In this document: positions 19,151-28,689 of the stretch, piece after piece
Position numbering within the stretch: the stretch's first letter is position 1
How the letters are laid out: each line of letters begins with the position of its first letter
Assembly: GCA_046541715.1 (NCBI GenBank)
Contig: JBKHCS010000006.1
Location: forward strand, 1 to 53,123
DNA from: Spirochaetaceae bacterium
GTDB taxonomy: Bacteria; Spirochaetota; Spirochaetia; DSM-27196; PWMO01
DNA: 53,123 nucleotides
Direction: 5' to 3'
Notes under the pieces: model-generated
What the model saw: the letters and a program-made list of their open reading frames with translations, nothing else
What the model was told of the DNA's origin: nothing
Database searches by the model: none
Position numbers and translations under genes: made by a program

Positions 19151-19819
19151 TCAGTTGAGCATATGACTTATGTCACCGGCAACGCCCAGCACCTTCTGGA
19201 TGCCCTTGACCATCTCCCTCCGGGCGATCGCCTCTCGGAGTCGCTCGATCGTTCCGGTAAGGCGTTCTTCGGTGGAGGTAAGCTCCAGGAAGCCTTGCTT
19301 TTCCCTAAGGGTAAAGATTCCCGAAGAGGCGACCAGAAAGGAGATCTCCTCCGGTTCGAGGCGGGCAATTACTCCTTGTTCGATGGAGTGCCCGGTCATT
19401 TCCGCAAGGTTCGTAAGGAGCGAGATAGCCTCTTCCGCGAGGCGTCGGTTGCGTTCCCCGGCAGACCGGGTGTCCCGGACCGGGGCGACGAGCCCCTCCA
19501 TGTAGCTCTGTTCCTCGAGGAACTCGGATACGCGAAACCGGTTGTTCCCGAGGGTCAGTATATCGAGGCGCCCGTCGTCGTATCGGGAGATAACGCGTTG
19601 GATATGCGCCTCACACCCCACGGGACGGATCCCGGAGGATCCCTGATAGACAATCCCGAAGGGGCGGTCCTCTTCGAGGCACTTTCCGATCATCAGCTTG
19701 TAGCGCTCCTCGAAGATGTGGAGCGGGAGGGGCATCTTTGGAAGCAGCACCACGTTCAGGGGAAAAAGAGGGATCCGCAGTGTATCGCCGTTGTCGCTCG
19801 CTCTTCTCATGGTCTCCAC
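19151..19819 (-). CDS. Stand-alone Lon N-terminal substrate-binding domain protein
   Basis: IPLFPLNVVLLP, LPLHIFEERY, DGRLDI...RF. Confidence 0.88.
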   Translation of the reverse strand: METMRRASDNGDTLRIPLFPLNVVLLPKMPLPLHIFEERYKLMIGKCLEEDRPFGIVYQGSSGIRPVGCEAHIQRVISRYDDGRLDILTLGNNRFRVSEFLEEQSYMEGLVAPVRDTRSAGERNRRLAEEAISLLTNLAEMTGHSIEQGVIARLEPEEISFLVASSGIFTLREKQGFLELTSTEERLTGTIERLREAIARREMVKGIQKVLGVAGDISHMLN

Positions 19820-19835
19820 GCCGGGCGTGGAAAAG

Positions 19836-20594
19836 TTACTTAAGATTAAGGATTATCGGACAGTGGTCCGAGCCATAAACATCGGGACGAATTTCGCAAG
19901 TCAGGAGCCGGCCGGCGAGCCCTTCGTCGACGCAGTGATAGTCGATCCGCCATCCGATGTTCTTTTCCCGGGCGTTGAACCGGTAGGACCACCAGGTATA
20001 CTGATTCGGTTCCTGGTTGAAGTGCCGAAAGCAATCGATGTAGCCGCTCGAGAGAAAGGCACTCATCCAGCTGCGTTCCTCCGGCAGGTAGCCGGGGTTG
20101 TTCTCGTTGGACTGAGGATTTGCCAGATCGATCGGTTTGTGAGCGATGTTGTAGTCCCCGGCGAGAACGAGGTGTTCTCCCCGGTCCACGATTTTGTCGC
20201 TGAGCGCTTTGATGCTTTCGGCGACGCTCAGCTTGTAGGGGAGCCGCTTGCCCGCGGCCTGGCTGTTCGGGAAGTACGCCGAGATAACATTGAGGTCTCC
20301 GAACCGGACCCGAAGAACCCGCCCCTCGGCATCCACTTCCGGCACCCCGGACTCCGCCACCTCGTCCGGTTCTTCCCGGGCCAGAACGGCGACACCGCTG
20401 TAGCCGGCTTTTTCGGCGAAGGACCAGTAGGCGCGGTAGCCGGGAATCGAGAGGAGCTCTTCGGGGAGTTGATGCTCCTGTATCTTTGTCTCCTGGAGGC
20501 AGACCACATCCGCTCCAAGGGCGGCAAAAATGCCCAGAAAGTCCTTCTTGAGGACCGCCCGCATACCGTTAACGTTCCATGATACGATTGTCAT
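19836..20594 (-). CDS. xth: Exodeoxyribonuclease III / AP endonuclease
   Basis: SWNVNG, LQETK, GDYNIAH, GWRIDY, SDHCP. Confidence 0.96.
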   Translation of the reverse strand: MTIVSWNVNGMRAVLKKDFLGIFAALGADVVCLQETKIQEHQLPEELLSIPGYRAYWSFAEKAGYSGVAVLAREEPDEVAESGVPEVDAEGRVLRVRFGDLNVISAYFPNSQAAGKRLPYKLSVAESIKALSDKIVDRGEHLVLAGDYNIAHKPIDLANPQSNENNPGYLPEERSWMSAFLSSGYIDCFRHFNQEPNQYTWWSYRFNAREKNIGWRIDYHCVDEGLAGRLLTCEIRPDVYGSDHCPIILNLK

Positions 20595-20603
20595 GGCGGT
20601 AGC

Positions 20604-22115
20604 TTAGCCCAAAGATGCCTTCTCCATCATCCGTTCGAAGGAACAGTCGGTAAACATTGTTTCTGGGTTCATCATGCCCGTCGGGTCCACCGCCTCCTTG
20701 ATCGATTTCATGATTGCGTAGACCTCGGGGCCCCACTCCCGCCGGAGCCAGGGGGCCCGGAGACGCCCCATACCGTGCTCCCCGGTAACGGTGCCGGCGT
20801 ACGCCAGGACCAATTCGTAGACCGCCCGGGCCATCGCGACCTGCCGCTCTGGGGGAACACCCCGGACGTCCGGCCGGAGGTGGAGGTTTCCGCTCCCGGC
20901 GTGGCCGTAGACGAAGAGCTTCGGGCAGTAGCCGGCGACCAGGCGCCCCACGTCTTCGACAAACCCGCGTAAACGTGGAACGGGCACCCCGATGTCGTTT
21001 ATCAACGACGGGGCGCCGTCCCCCCCGGCCTGCTGCTTTACGCTAAAGAGCATTCTCTTCCGGCCTTTCCAGAACTCCCGGACAATTTCGGCGTCGGCGT
21101 TGCCGTCCCAGACCCAGGAAAAAGCCGGTTCTCCCTGGGAAACCGCCTCGCGAGCACGCTCCCCGGAGGCCGCCCCCTCCAACTCCAGGACCAAGGCGGC
21201 TCCTTTGAGTGGCTTTGCGAAGAAGACCTCCGGGGGCATCAAGCCGATGCACCCTTCGTCGAGGAGCTCGATAGCCGCCGGGTCCAGGGCGAGCAACCGG
21301 CCTACGGCGTCGGTTGCCTCCGGGGCCCCGGAGAAGCCGAGAACCGCGAGGCTCCTCTCTGGTTCGACCGGCTCCCCGGAGAGAACCGCTTGGGTGACGA
21401 CACCGAGGGTTCCGACGGCACCACAGACCAGGCCGGCGAGGCGCCCTTCCGGAGTGCCTGCCCGAAGGGCCCCCGAAAGGTTGTATCCGCTGGCGCATTT
21501 CGCGAGTCCCGGGTGCGAGAGCTTCGAGACCGGGGCTTCGTCGAGAGAGCGGGTTACCTCCGGAGGAAGGGCGTCGGCGCTTCCAAGGAGGGTCCCGTCG
21601 GGAAGCATTACCTCGACCCGACGGAGATAGCGGTCTATCGCACCGTGCCGGAGGGCGTGGGCCCCGCTTGCCTTGGTCGCGATGTTGCCCCCGAGATAGG
21701 AGAGGGGACCGCTCGACGGGTCGCTCGGGAGATAGTATCCCCGCTCCCGGAACGCACTCTGCACCCGGTCGTGACGAACCCCGGGGCCCGCGGTAACCAC
21801 CGGACCTTCGGGGCCCTCGGAGACCATAATCCTCGAGAATTGCTCACCCCGGGTGTCAACGACAATACCCGACCCAACGGAGGCACCCCCGGTGCTGCTT
21901 CCACCGCCCCGGGGAGTAACCGGAAGCCCCTCCTCCCGGCCGAGGGCCAAGACCCGGGCCAGATCCTCGAGGTCCTTCGGGACGACAACAACCCTGGGCT
22001 GGAGCCGAAAGACGCTCTGGTCCTTCGCGTAAGCTTCGGTGTTCTTGTGCTCCGTCGTCCAAGTGCCCTTGATCTGTTCTCGGAGGTAGGCCCGAATCCG
22101 GCGGAGGTGAGACAC
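20604..22115 (-). CDS. FAD-linked oxidoreductase (GlcD/D-lactate dehydrogenase family)
   Basis: RGGGSSTGG, DPSS...LGGNIAT, GHAGSGNLH, GEHGMG. Confidence 0.85.
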   Translation of the reverse strand: MSHLRRIRAYLREQIKGTWTTEHKNTEAYAKDQSVFRLQPRVVVVPKDLEDLARVLALGREEGLPVTPRGGGSSTGGASVGSGIVVDTRGEQFSRIMVSEGPEGPVVTAGPGVRHDRVQSAFRERGYYLPSDPSSGPLSYLGGNIATKASGAHALRHGAIDRYLRRVEVMLPDGTLLGSADALPPEVTRSLDEAPVSKLSHPGLAKCASGYNLSGALRAGTPEGRLAGLVCGAVGTLGVVTQAVLSGEPVEPERSLAVLGFSGAPEATDAVGRLLALDPAAIELLDEGCIGLMPPEVFFAKPLKGAALVLELEGAASGERAREAVSQGEPAFSWVWDGNADAEIVREFWKGRKRMLFSVKQQAGGDGAPSLINDIGVPVPRLRGFVEDVGRLVAGYCPKLFVYGHAGSGNLHLRPDVRGVPPERQVAMARAVYELVLAYAGTVTGEHGMGRLRAPWLRREWGPEVYAIMKSIKEAVDPTGMMNPETMFTDCSFERMMEKASLG

Positions 22116-22116
22116 C

Positions 22117-23409
22117 CTAACTATCGAAGGAAAAGAAGAGCACCACGGGACTCGAGGGCTCGTTGATAATTAGATTCCGCCGGACATCCTGGGGTTCGAG
22201 GGGCATCAACCGGATGCCGGTTGAGGTGTAGAAGTAGAGGAGGGGAATCTGCACCTCGCCGGATGGGTTTTCTAGGGAGAGGGTCGCAGCGCCGTCGTAG
22301 CGTTCGCTGAATTGCTCGCTGACATAGAGATCGAAGTCCAACCGGCCCTCGCCGGATGTGTTCGCCGGAATAATCCGGGGAACGAGGGCGTCGAAGCCGG
22401 TCCACCGGAGAGAACCGTCGGGCCTTATGGTAATGGTTCCATAGGAGTTGCTCTGCAAAACGGGTCCCCGCTCAACGAGGCGGTCCCGAATCGCGTTCCG
22501 CCTATCGATCTCCTCTTCGATAAGCTCCGGAATATCGGCGTCGACCCGCTCCATGGCGATACTGAATCCCTCGCCGTCGATGGAATACTGGATGCTTATC
22601 GCTCGCTCGTTGCGGTAGGTAATCTGGAGCGACGTCCCCCGGGCCACATAAACGTTGAAGTCGGCGTTCGCAATTTCTTCGTACTCGAAGCTCGCCGTGC
22701 TTCCGACAAGCCGGAGATCGAAGCGCTTCTCTTCGGGAACCGGAAAGAGGCCGTACTCAGGCCGGAAACGCGAAAGATCGTACCGGCCGGATTCTATCAT
22801 TTCCGCGAAGTAGACCGGACGCCAGACCGTTTGGAGAATCGTTGAGAGCTTTGGGTCTTCCTCTACCACCTCCGGAACTTCGGAGGGCATCTTCAGAAAA
22901 TAGCCGAATACCCAGCCGGAGACGCCTTCCGTCGTTAAGACCTCGTACCAGTAGTCGACAAACCCGGCCTCGTCGGAGACTTCTTCGCTCCTGGTTAGAA
23001 TGCGAACCTCTTCGTCGTTTCGAAGGCGGTAGACGATCCTCGAGGTCCGGTCTGGGGTCATTCGGACCGGCAAAGCGTTTCTTCCGGCGAGGCCGAACCG
23101 CTCTCCGTAGGGTGCCAACCGTTCGGCGTAGGCCGTTGCCTCGGCCTCGTCTTCGAAGACCCGAACGCGCCAGGTATCGAATACCTCCCTTTGCTTCGAA
23201 TCCGGTAAGCGAAGCGTGACCGTTTCGTTTATCTCGGAGCGTTCCTCGACCCGGGCTACCGCGCCATTGGAAAGGATATCCGGCCGGTCGCTCCAGAGGA
23301 CGACTGCGTAGCCCTCACCGTTGAAGGAGCAGGAGGAAAAAAAGCCGGCGAAGACGAGAATGGCGAGTATGGGCCGAAAAAGGCGTCTTAAGGTGACCAC
23401 GTTCAGCAC
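22117..23409 (-). CDS. SH3-domain lipoprotein
   Basis: Lipobox-like FSSC; bacterial SH3 motif WYEVLTTEGVSGWVFG. Confidence 0.8.
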   Translation of the reverse strand: MLNVVTLRRLFRPILAILVFAGFFSSCSFNGEGYAVVLWSDRPDILSNGAVARVEERSEINETVTLRLPDSKQREVFDTWRVRVFEDEAEATAYAERLAPYGERFGLAGRNALPVRMTPDRTSRIVYRLRNDEEVRILTRSEEVSDEAGFVDYWYEVLTTEGVSGWVFGYFLKMPSEVPEVVEEDPKLSTILQTVWRPVYFAEMIESGRYDLSRFRPEYGLFPVPEEKRFDLRLVGSTASFEYEEIANADFNVYVARGTSLQITYRNERAISIQYSIDGEGFSIAMERVDADIPELIEEEIDRRNAIRDRLVERGPVLQSNSYGTITIRPDGSLRWTGFDALVPRIIPANTSGEGRLDFDLYVSEQFSERYDGAATLSLENPSGEVQIPLLYFYTSTGIRLMPLEPQDVRRNLIINEPSSPVVLFFSFDS

Positions 23410-23414
23410 GAAAA

Positions 23415-23443
23415 ACCATAGTGCTCCCGATCTAATACGTCAA
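23415..23443 (-). promoter_or_regulatory. sigma70 promoter, probably leaderless
   Basis: TTGACG-17-TATGGT-5 nt-GTG 23409. Confidence 0.55.
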
Positions 23444-24333
23444 GGTGCGTCCGTCCGGAAGCTCCGGCGAATCACGCTGGAATCGATAACCACTAGGACA
23501 CGTCCCTCGGAAAGAACCCTCCGATTGGTCTCGGTAGACAGGAGTCTCCCGGCATCCCGCCGGTTTATGATGATGTCGGTCCGGTTGATGCCGAAGGTTT
23601 CCCGGGCCAGGATCCGCAGGGGTGAGGAGCCGACGACCTCTTCCCAGTCCGCCGGGTCGAGGGAGGTGGTGTAGGAAACGACCCCCCGGTCGGTGAACAC
23701 CCCCGGTTCAATATGCTCCGCCGTAAGAACCGGGTTTAGTGTCGTGTCCAGGATCTCCGGAAGAAGCGCCGGACGAACAAGCGAGGTGGTCTCCTCGCCC
23801 CGAACCGGGAGAAGGTCGGACGCCAAGATTACGACCCCGCTGAAGTCGTCGGTCGCGTGCCACCCGAGAGCACGGGGAAGGGGGCGAGGATCCGCCGGTG
23901 AGTGAACCGTTTGGATTACCTCCGGGTAGAGATCCAGGTAGTAGATGACTTCGACCGTCGACAAGTCTTTTGCGACCCTGCTGTAGGAGGCCTCGACATT
24001 CTCTCCCACTTCGTAAAGATTCCCTATCAGCTCCGGCCGGGCCTCGAGGACGTCCCCGATCGTCCGAGAGGAATCGAAAAAGATATTCGAGAGAACCCCC
24101 TCTATAAGCGCCGGTAGCCGCCGGTGGATTGCCTGCTCCCGGTAGTGCGGCTCCGCCGGGGCGTTCCGGCTTTTGGGGTCCAGCGGGGCTTCCACGGACA
24201 TCTGCAGGGTGCCGATAGTCCAATCCAGCACACCGGAGGCGCGGAGGCTATCTGGAGATGCGGGGACCGATTGGGCCCCAAGGGAAACACCGGAGACAAC
24301 GATTGCGCAGAGGATGAAGAGACCGGATTTCAT
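23440..24333 (-). CDS. Hypothetical exported protein
   Basis: Signal peptide; typical composition; co-directional in operon. Confidence 0.78.
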   Translation of the reverse strand: MKSGLFILCAIVVSGVSLGAQSVPASPDSLRASGVLDWTIGTLQMSVEAPLDPKSRNAPAEPHYREQAIHRRLPALIEGVLSNIFFDSSRTIGDVLEARPELIGNLYEVGENVEASYSRVAKDLSTVEVIYYLDLYPEVIQTVHSPADPRPLPRALGWHATDDFSGVVILASDLLPVRGEETTSLVRPALLPEILDTTLNPVLTAEHIEPGVFTDRGVVSYTTSLDPADWEEVVGSSPLRILARETFGINRTDIIINRRDAGRLLSTETNRRVLSEGRVLVVIDSSVIRRSFRTDAP

Positions 24334-24351
24334 TGATTAGAGTATCGGCGT

Positions 24352-25434
24352 CTAGAGAGCTTCTCCAAAGAAGATGCCGGCCCACTCCCAGGTGCCGTGG
24401 ATAGAGGGGTCCGCGGGAAAATCCACCCGTCGGAAGTAGAGATACCAGGTGTTGATCCGGTAGGACCATCCCCAGGTCCGGAGATACGCCTCCTGAGCGT
24501 TCGAGTTGAGGGAAATCGACGATGCGTATTGAATCCGGGGTGACCGGGCCAGAAAGATCCCCAGGTTGAAAGTCAGCTGGCTGTTAAAGTCGAACTCTTC
24601 CTGCTCCCAGGACATCGCGAAGAAGTTCTCTTTCGCGCGATACCGGAGTAGCCTGGCAACGTCCTTCCGGTAGAGAGCATCCTTGATGTTCGAAACCAGG
24701 GTCTCCAGGCTCTCCATCGTCCAGTCTTTCGCGGAATCGTAGAAGTTGACCGACGCGGCGACTTCGAGATGCGCGTCCGGATATCCGGCGATTCGCGTGT
24801 TCGGATGCCGCAGGAACTCCTTGTACGCTTCGAAGGCGCTGTCCCACTCCCCGAGCTCCTCGTAGCTCTTGGCAACGTAGTAGTAGCTCCGGCCGAGATC
24901 GATCCGGCTCGGAAACCGGTCGATGAGCTCCTCGTAGTAACGGATCCGCGACTCGGGGTCTTCCGTTCCTTCCACCAGCTCGCGAAGCGCGGCGAAGTGT
25001 ACCGAGTTGCCCCGAACGGTAACGTCCGGATAGTTTGCCAAAAGCCGACTGTAGTAGTGCCGGGCCATGTCCGGGGATTCACCCCGGAGACTCTCGGCCG
25101 TCAAGAGCAGCAAATAGGCGTTAAAGGGGTTCTCGGAATGCCGCTCCACTTCCCCCGTCAGAAAGACCCGCATCCGATCGGAAAAGCCGGCCTGCCGCAG
25201 GTGACCGGCTATCTGCTCGACGACGACTACCCGTTCGGCGTAGTCGTCGGTCTCCTCGAGGATTTCGAGGAGATCCTCGATCCGGGCCTTCTGTTCATCG
25301 GAGCCGACAAGAAAATAGTCGTCATTGGAATCGCAGCCGACGGCAGCCAAAAGAAGAACCATGGCGCCCAAGGAAAAAAGTACCCAGCGCTTCCGGAGGA
25401 ATGGTAATCTCACGCGTGGTATTCTAAAGAGCAC
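24352..25434 (-). CDS. Tetratricopeptide-repeat lipoprotein
   Basis: AVGC lipobox; TPR-like YYYVAKSYEELGEWDSAFEAYKEFL. Start uncertain. Confidence 0.8.
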   Translation of the reverse strand: MLFRIPRVRLPFLRKRWVLFSLGAMVLLLAAVGCDSNDDYFLVGSDEQKARIEDLLEILEETDDYAERVVVVEQIAGHLRQAGFSDRMRVFLTGEVERHSENPFNAYLLLLTAESLRGESPDMARHYYSRLLANYPDVTVRGNSVHFAALRELVEGTEDPESRIRYYEELIDRFPSRIDLGRSYYYVAKSYEELGEWDSAFEAYKEFLRHPNTRIAGYPDAHLEVAASVNFYDSAKDWTMESLETLVSNIKDALYRKDVARLLRYRAKENFFAMSWEQEEFDFNSQLTFNLGIFLARSPRIQYASSISLNSNAQEAYLRTWGWSYRINTWYLYFRRVDFPADPSIHGTWEWAGIFFGEAL

Positions 25435-25490
25435 GGCGGTCCGTGTGAATACTTCCCACGGATCTCGGAAGTCTGATAGCCTTTATTCGA

Positions 25491-26036
25491 ATGAAGCAAC
25501 TCTGGCCACGCCGGCCCCTCGTCCCAGCCCTTCTCTTGATCCTTCTCGGGGCGCTCTTTCTTCCCTGGACCAGCGGCGTGCTCAATATTTTAAGCGCCTT
25601 CTGGCCGGTCCCCCTCATCCTCATCGGGGTGGTACAACTCTCTTACGTTCTCGTCGGGAAGGCCCGGGAGGGGTATCTCTTCTCAGGGTTTCTTCTGGTC
25701 GCCGGTGGAGTAGCTGCCCTGCTCTTTCTGACCGGTATTGCCCACCTGGAGCTTTCTCGGGGATGGCCCGGCTTCGTGACCCTGACGGGGCTGGTGCTTA
25801 TCGGCTTTTCCTACGCTCAGCCACCGGGTAAGCGGCCGAGTTACCGCATTCCCGGCTTGGTGTTTTTACTTATGTCCGGCGTGTTCTTTCTCTTTAGCTT
25901 CGATATCGTCGCCGCGAGCTTTTCCGAGCTTGTGGCCGCCTGGTGGCCCCTCATATTCGTACTCCTCGGCCTCTTGCTCCTTGTTCCGCGCCGAACCGAC
26001 GCGACCAAGGACGACCCCAACACAACGGTCCTTTGA
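25491..26036 (+). CDS. Multi-pass membrane protein (LiaF/DUF5668-like TM repeats)
   Basis: About six hydrophobic helices with repeated WP motifs. Confidence 0.75.
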   Translation: MKQLWPRRPLVPALLLILLGALFLPWTSGVLNILSAFWPVPLILIGVVQLSYVLVGKAREGYLFSGFLLVAGGVAALLFLTGIAHLELSRGWPGFVTLTGLVLIGFSYAQPPGKRPSYRIPGLVFLLMSGVFFLFSFDIVAASFSELVAAWWPLIFVLLGLLLLVPRRTDATKDDPNTTVL

Positions 26037-26042
26037 GAAGAC

Positions 26043-26858
26043 GTGGTTGATAGATCGGCCCCTTCCCGAGCGCAGCAGTTCGTCCTCGACACCTTCGACC
26101 GCTACCACAACCGGGCGTTTCTTTCACCGGATCCCCTGGAGGTGGTGTGGACCTATTCGGACTCCGGGGACCGGGAGATCGCGGCCCTTGTCTGCTCCTC
26201 CCTGGCTCTCGGGCGGGTCAACGCAATTCTCGAGGCATGCCGCCGAGTCCTTGGGGCGTTCCCGAATCTCCGACGGGACCTAGCCGAGCTTTCCAGGCGA
26301 GAGATCTCGTTGCGTCTCGGAAACGTTGTCTATCGCTTTTTCGGAAACACCGAGCTGACGAATTTTCTCGCCGGTATCGGCCGGGTCGTCGGCTGGTACG
26401 GGAGCCTCGAAGCCTGTTTCGCCGGGGGCGTCCAGCCGGGGGCCACGGTCTGGGCCCCGGCCGCCGGCTTTTCCGGCGAGCTGGCCGCAGCTGCGGAGGG
26501 ACGGCTTTCCATCTTGCTCCCGATGGTCGAAAAGGGGGGTGCCTCCAAGCGCCTGAATCTATTCTTGCGGTGGATGGTCCGGAGCGACCAGATCGACCCC
26601 GGCGGTTGGAGCTGTCTGAGGCCCCGGGATCTTGCGGTGCCGGTGGATACCCATCTGCTCAAGGCCGCCCGTCTCCTCGGTATGACGACCCGGAAGACCG
26701 CGGACCGGAAAGCCAGCGAAGAAATTACCGCCTGGCTCCGGTCGCTGCGGCCCGGGGATCCGACTGCCTTCGACTTCTCGTTGACGCGGTACGGAATCCA
26801 TCCGGTGCTCCGCCGGCAGGGTGCTCTTGATTCTGCCCTAGCCGATCTGCCATATTAG
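26043..26858 (+). CDS. TIGR02757/DUF2400 family protein (HhH-GPD-like)
   Basis: DPL...[30 protein letters not shown]. Confidence 0.88.
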   Translation: MVDRSAPSRAQQFVLDTFDRYHNRAFLSPDPLEVVWTYSDSGDREIAALVCSSLALGRVNAILEACRRVLGAFPNLRRDLAELSRREISLRLGNVVYRFFGNTELTNFLAGIGRVVGWYGSLEACFAGGVQPGATVWAPAAGFSGELAAAAEGRLSILLPMVEKGGASKRLNLFLRWMVRSDQIDPGGWSCLRPRDLAVPVDTHLLKAARLLGMTTRKTADRKASEEITAWLRSLRPGDPTAFDFSLTRYGIHPVLRRQGALDSALADLPY

Positions 26859-26887
26859 AGGAAATCAACGAGAGAGCGAGGAACGGC

Positions 26888-27052
26888 ATGCAGCGCTACG
26901 TTTGTGAAGTCTGTGGATATATCTATGACCCCGAAGAGGGCGATCCGGACAACGGGGTGGAGCCCGGGACTCCCTTTGCATCGATTCCGGAGGACTGGGT
27001 CTGTCCGATGTGCGGTGCGAGTAAGGACGAGTTTTCCCCGGAAGAGGAGTAG
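26888..27052 (+). CDS. Rubredoxin, 54 aa (below the ORF-track cutoff)
   Basis: [54 protein letters not shown] with two CxxCG motifs; GAGG RBS. Confidence 0.96.
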   Translation: MQRYVCEVCGYIYDPEEGDPDNGVEPGTPFASIPEDWVCPMCGASKDEFSPEEE

Positions 27053-27073
27053 CTCCGGCATTCGGATTCCATG

Positions 27074-28129
27074 TTAGGCGTGGAGGGCCGCTTGGCGCTT
27101 GTAGTGATCTTCAAGCACCAGGCAGGCCATCGCCTCTACCACGGGAACGATTCGGGGACAGATACACGCGTCGTGGCGCCCCTCGGTTCGGATGGTACGC
27201 TCGGTACCCTCGATGTCGATAGTCTGTTGGGGCCGGGCAATTGAAGAAGTCGGCTTAACCGCAACGCGAAAGACGATCTCCTCCCCCGTCGAAATTCCCC
27301 CTACGATACCCCCCGCATTATTCGTCAGAAAACCGTTGGGGCTCATCTGGTCGTTGTGCTCGCTTCCGGTCATCTCCGCCACTCTAAAGCCCGCGCCGAA
27401 CTCGATACCCTTGACCGATCCGATCGAGAGCATCGCGTGAGCCAATTCCGCGTCGAGCTTGTCGAAAACCGGCTCCCCGAGACCTACCGAGACCCCCCGT
27501 ATCCGGCATTCGACGATTCCCCCGACCGAATCCTCCGCCTCTTTGAGGGTGGTAATCTTCTCGAGGATCGCTGCGGCGGCATCCGGGTCGCAGGCCCGCA
27601 GGGGGTTCTGCTCTATTGAATCGAGGTCGATTCTTTCGCAGGTAATGCCGGCCGCCGCCTTCGTGTACGCCGTTACCGTTACACCCCGGTTTTCGAGAAG
27701 CTTCCTGGCGACGGCGCCGGAGGCGACGCGGCCGGCGGTTTCCCGCCCCGACGCCCGGCCGCTTCCCCGCCAGTCCCGGATACCGTACTTCTTGAGGTAG
27801 GTGTAGTCCGCGTGCCCCGGCCGGAACAGCTGCTTGATGTCGTCGTACGCCGAGGGGTCGGCGTCGGAATTGTAGAGGATCATCAGAATCGGCGTGCCGG
27901 TGGTTCTTCCTTCGAAAATGCCCGAGAGAATCGACACCGTGTCCGGTTCCTTCCGGGGTGTCGTGATCGAAGACTGCCCCGGTTTCCGCCGGTCGAGCTG
28001 TTTCTGTACCTCTTCGACCGAAAGCGCCAAACCGGGCGTCGCACCGTCTACGACGACACCGACGGCCCCGCCGTGGGACTCGCCGAAGGTAGTAATGCGA
28101 AAAAGATGACCAAAACTACTGCCAGCCAG
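27074..28129 (-). CDS. aroC: Chorismate synthase (CTG start codon)
   Basis: Conserved N-terminus AGSSFGHLFRITTFGESHG lies upstream of the track ORF; RPGHAD, SGRETA, KPTSSI, RHD motifs. Confidence 0.93.
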   Translation of the reverse strand: MAGSSFGHLFRITTFGESHGGAVGVVVDGATPGLALSVEEVQKQLDRRKPGQSSITTPRKEPDTVSILSGIFEGRTTGTPILMILYNSDADPSAYDDIKQLFRPGHADYTYLKKYGIRDWRGSGRASGRETAGRVASGAVARKLLENRGVTVTAYTKAAAGITCERIDLDSIEQNPLRACDPDAAAAILEKITTLKEAEDSVGGIVECRIRGVSVGLGEPVFDKLDAELAHAMLSIGSVKGIEFGAGFRVAEMTGSEHNDQMSPNGFLTNNAGGIVGGISTGEEIVFRVAVKPTSSIARPQQTIDIEGTERTIRTEGRHDACICPRIVPVVEAMACLVLEDHYKRQAALHA

Positions 28130-28685
28130 GGATCTGCCTCCTGATCACTCTGTGAGTCTTCTCGAATGCTTCCCGAACTCCAAGCCCCGTCAACTCGATG
28201 ACAAGGTAGGCTTTGTTCCGGTACGCCGCGTCCCGGCGCCGGGAAAGCGCCAGAAACTCTTCGTAGGGATCATCCGACGTAAGGAACGCCGGCGTACCGC
28301 TGCGCATGACGCGCTCGTACAGAATATCCGCGTCCACGTGCAGATAGACAAGATACCCGTTTCGGTCGACCACTTCCAGAGCCGCCGGGTTGTCGATTGC
28401 CCCGCCCCCGAGGGCGAGGACCATGCGGCCCGGTCCCACCACCTCCAAGAGGGCCTCGGCCTCGTAATGCTTGAAACCTTCGGGCCCTGCTATGCGGTAG
28501 AGCTCCCGGGCAGTGGAGACCTCGATCTCCCGCCGGCGGGCGGCGGAAACCGTAAGGTCGTCGCCGTCGTAGAAGGGGAGGCCGGACGCCTCCGAAAGGA
28601 GACGGCCGAGGGTAGACTTACCGCTGTGCTTGATGCCGCCGAGAAAGAGAACCCCGGGAAAAACCTCGTGAGCCGGGCCGTCCAT
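28116..28685 (-). CDS. aroK: Shikimate kinase
   Basis: P-loop GIKHSGKST, LGGG, adjacent to aroC. Start set at ATG 28685. Confidence 0.85.
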   Translation of the reverse strand: MDGPAHEVFPGVLFLGGIKHSGKSTLGRLLSEASGLPFYDGDDLTVSAARRREIEVSTARELYRIAGPEGFKHYEAEALLEVVGPGRMVLALGGGAIDNPAALEVVDRNGYLVYLHVDADILYERVMRSGTPAFLTSDDPYEEFLALSRRRDAAYRNKAYLVIELTGLGVREAFEKTHRVIRRQIPGWQ

Positions 28686-28689
28686 GGCC

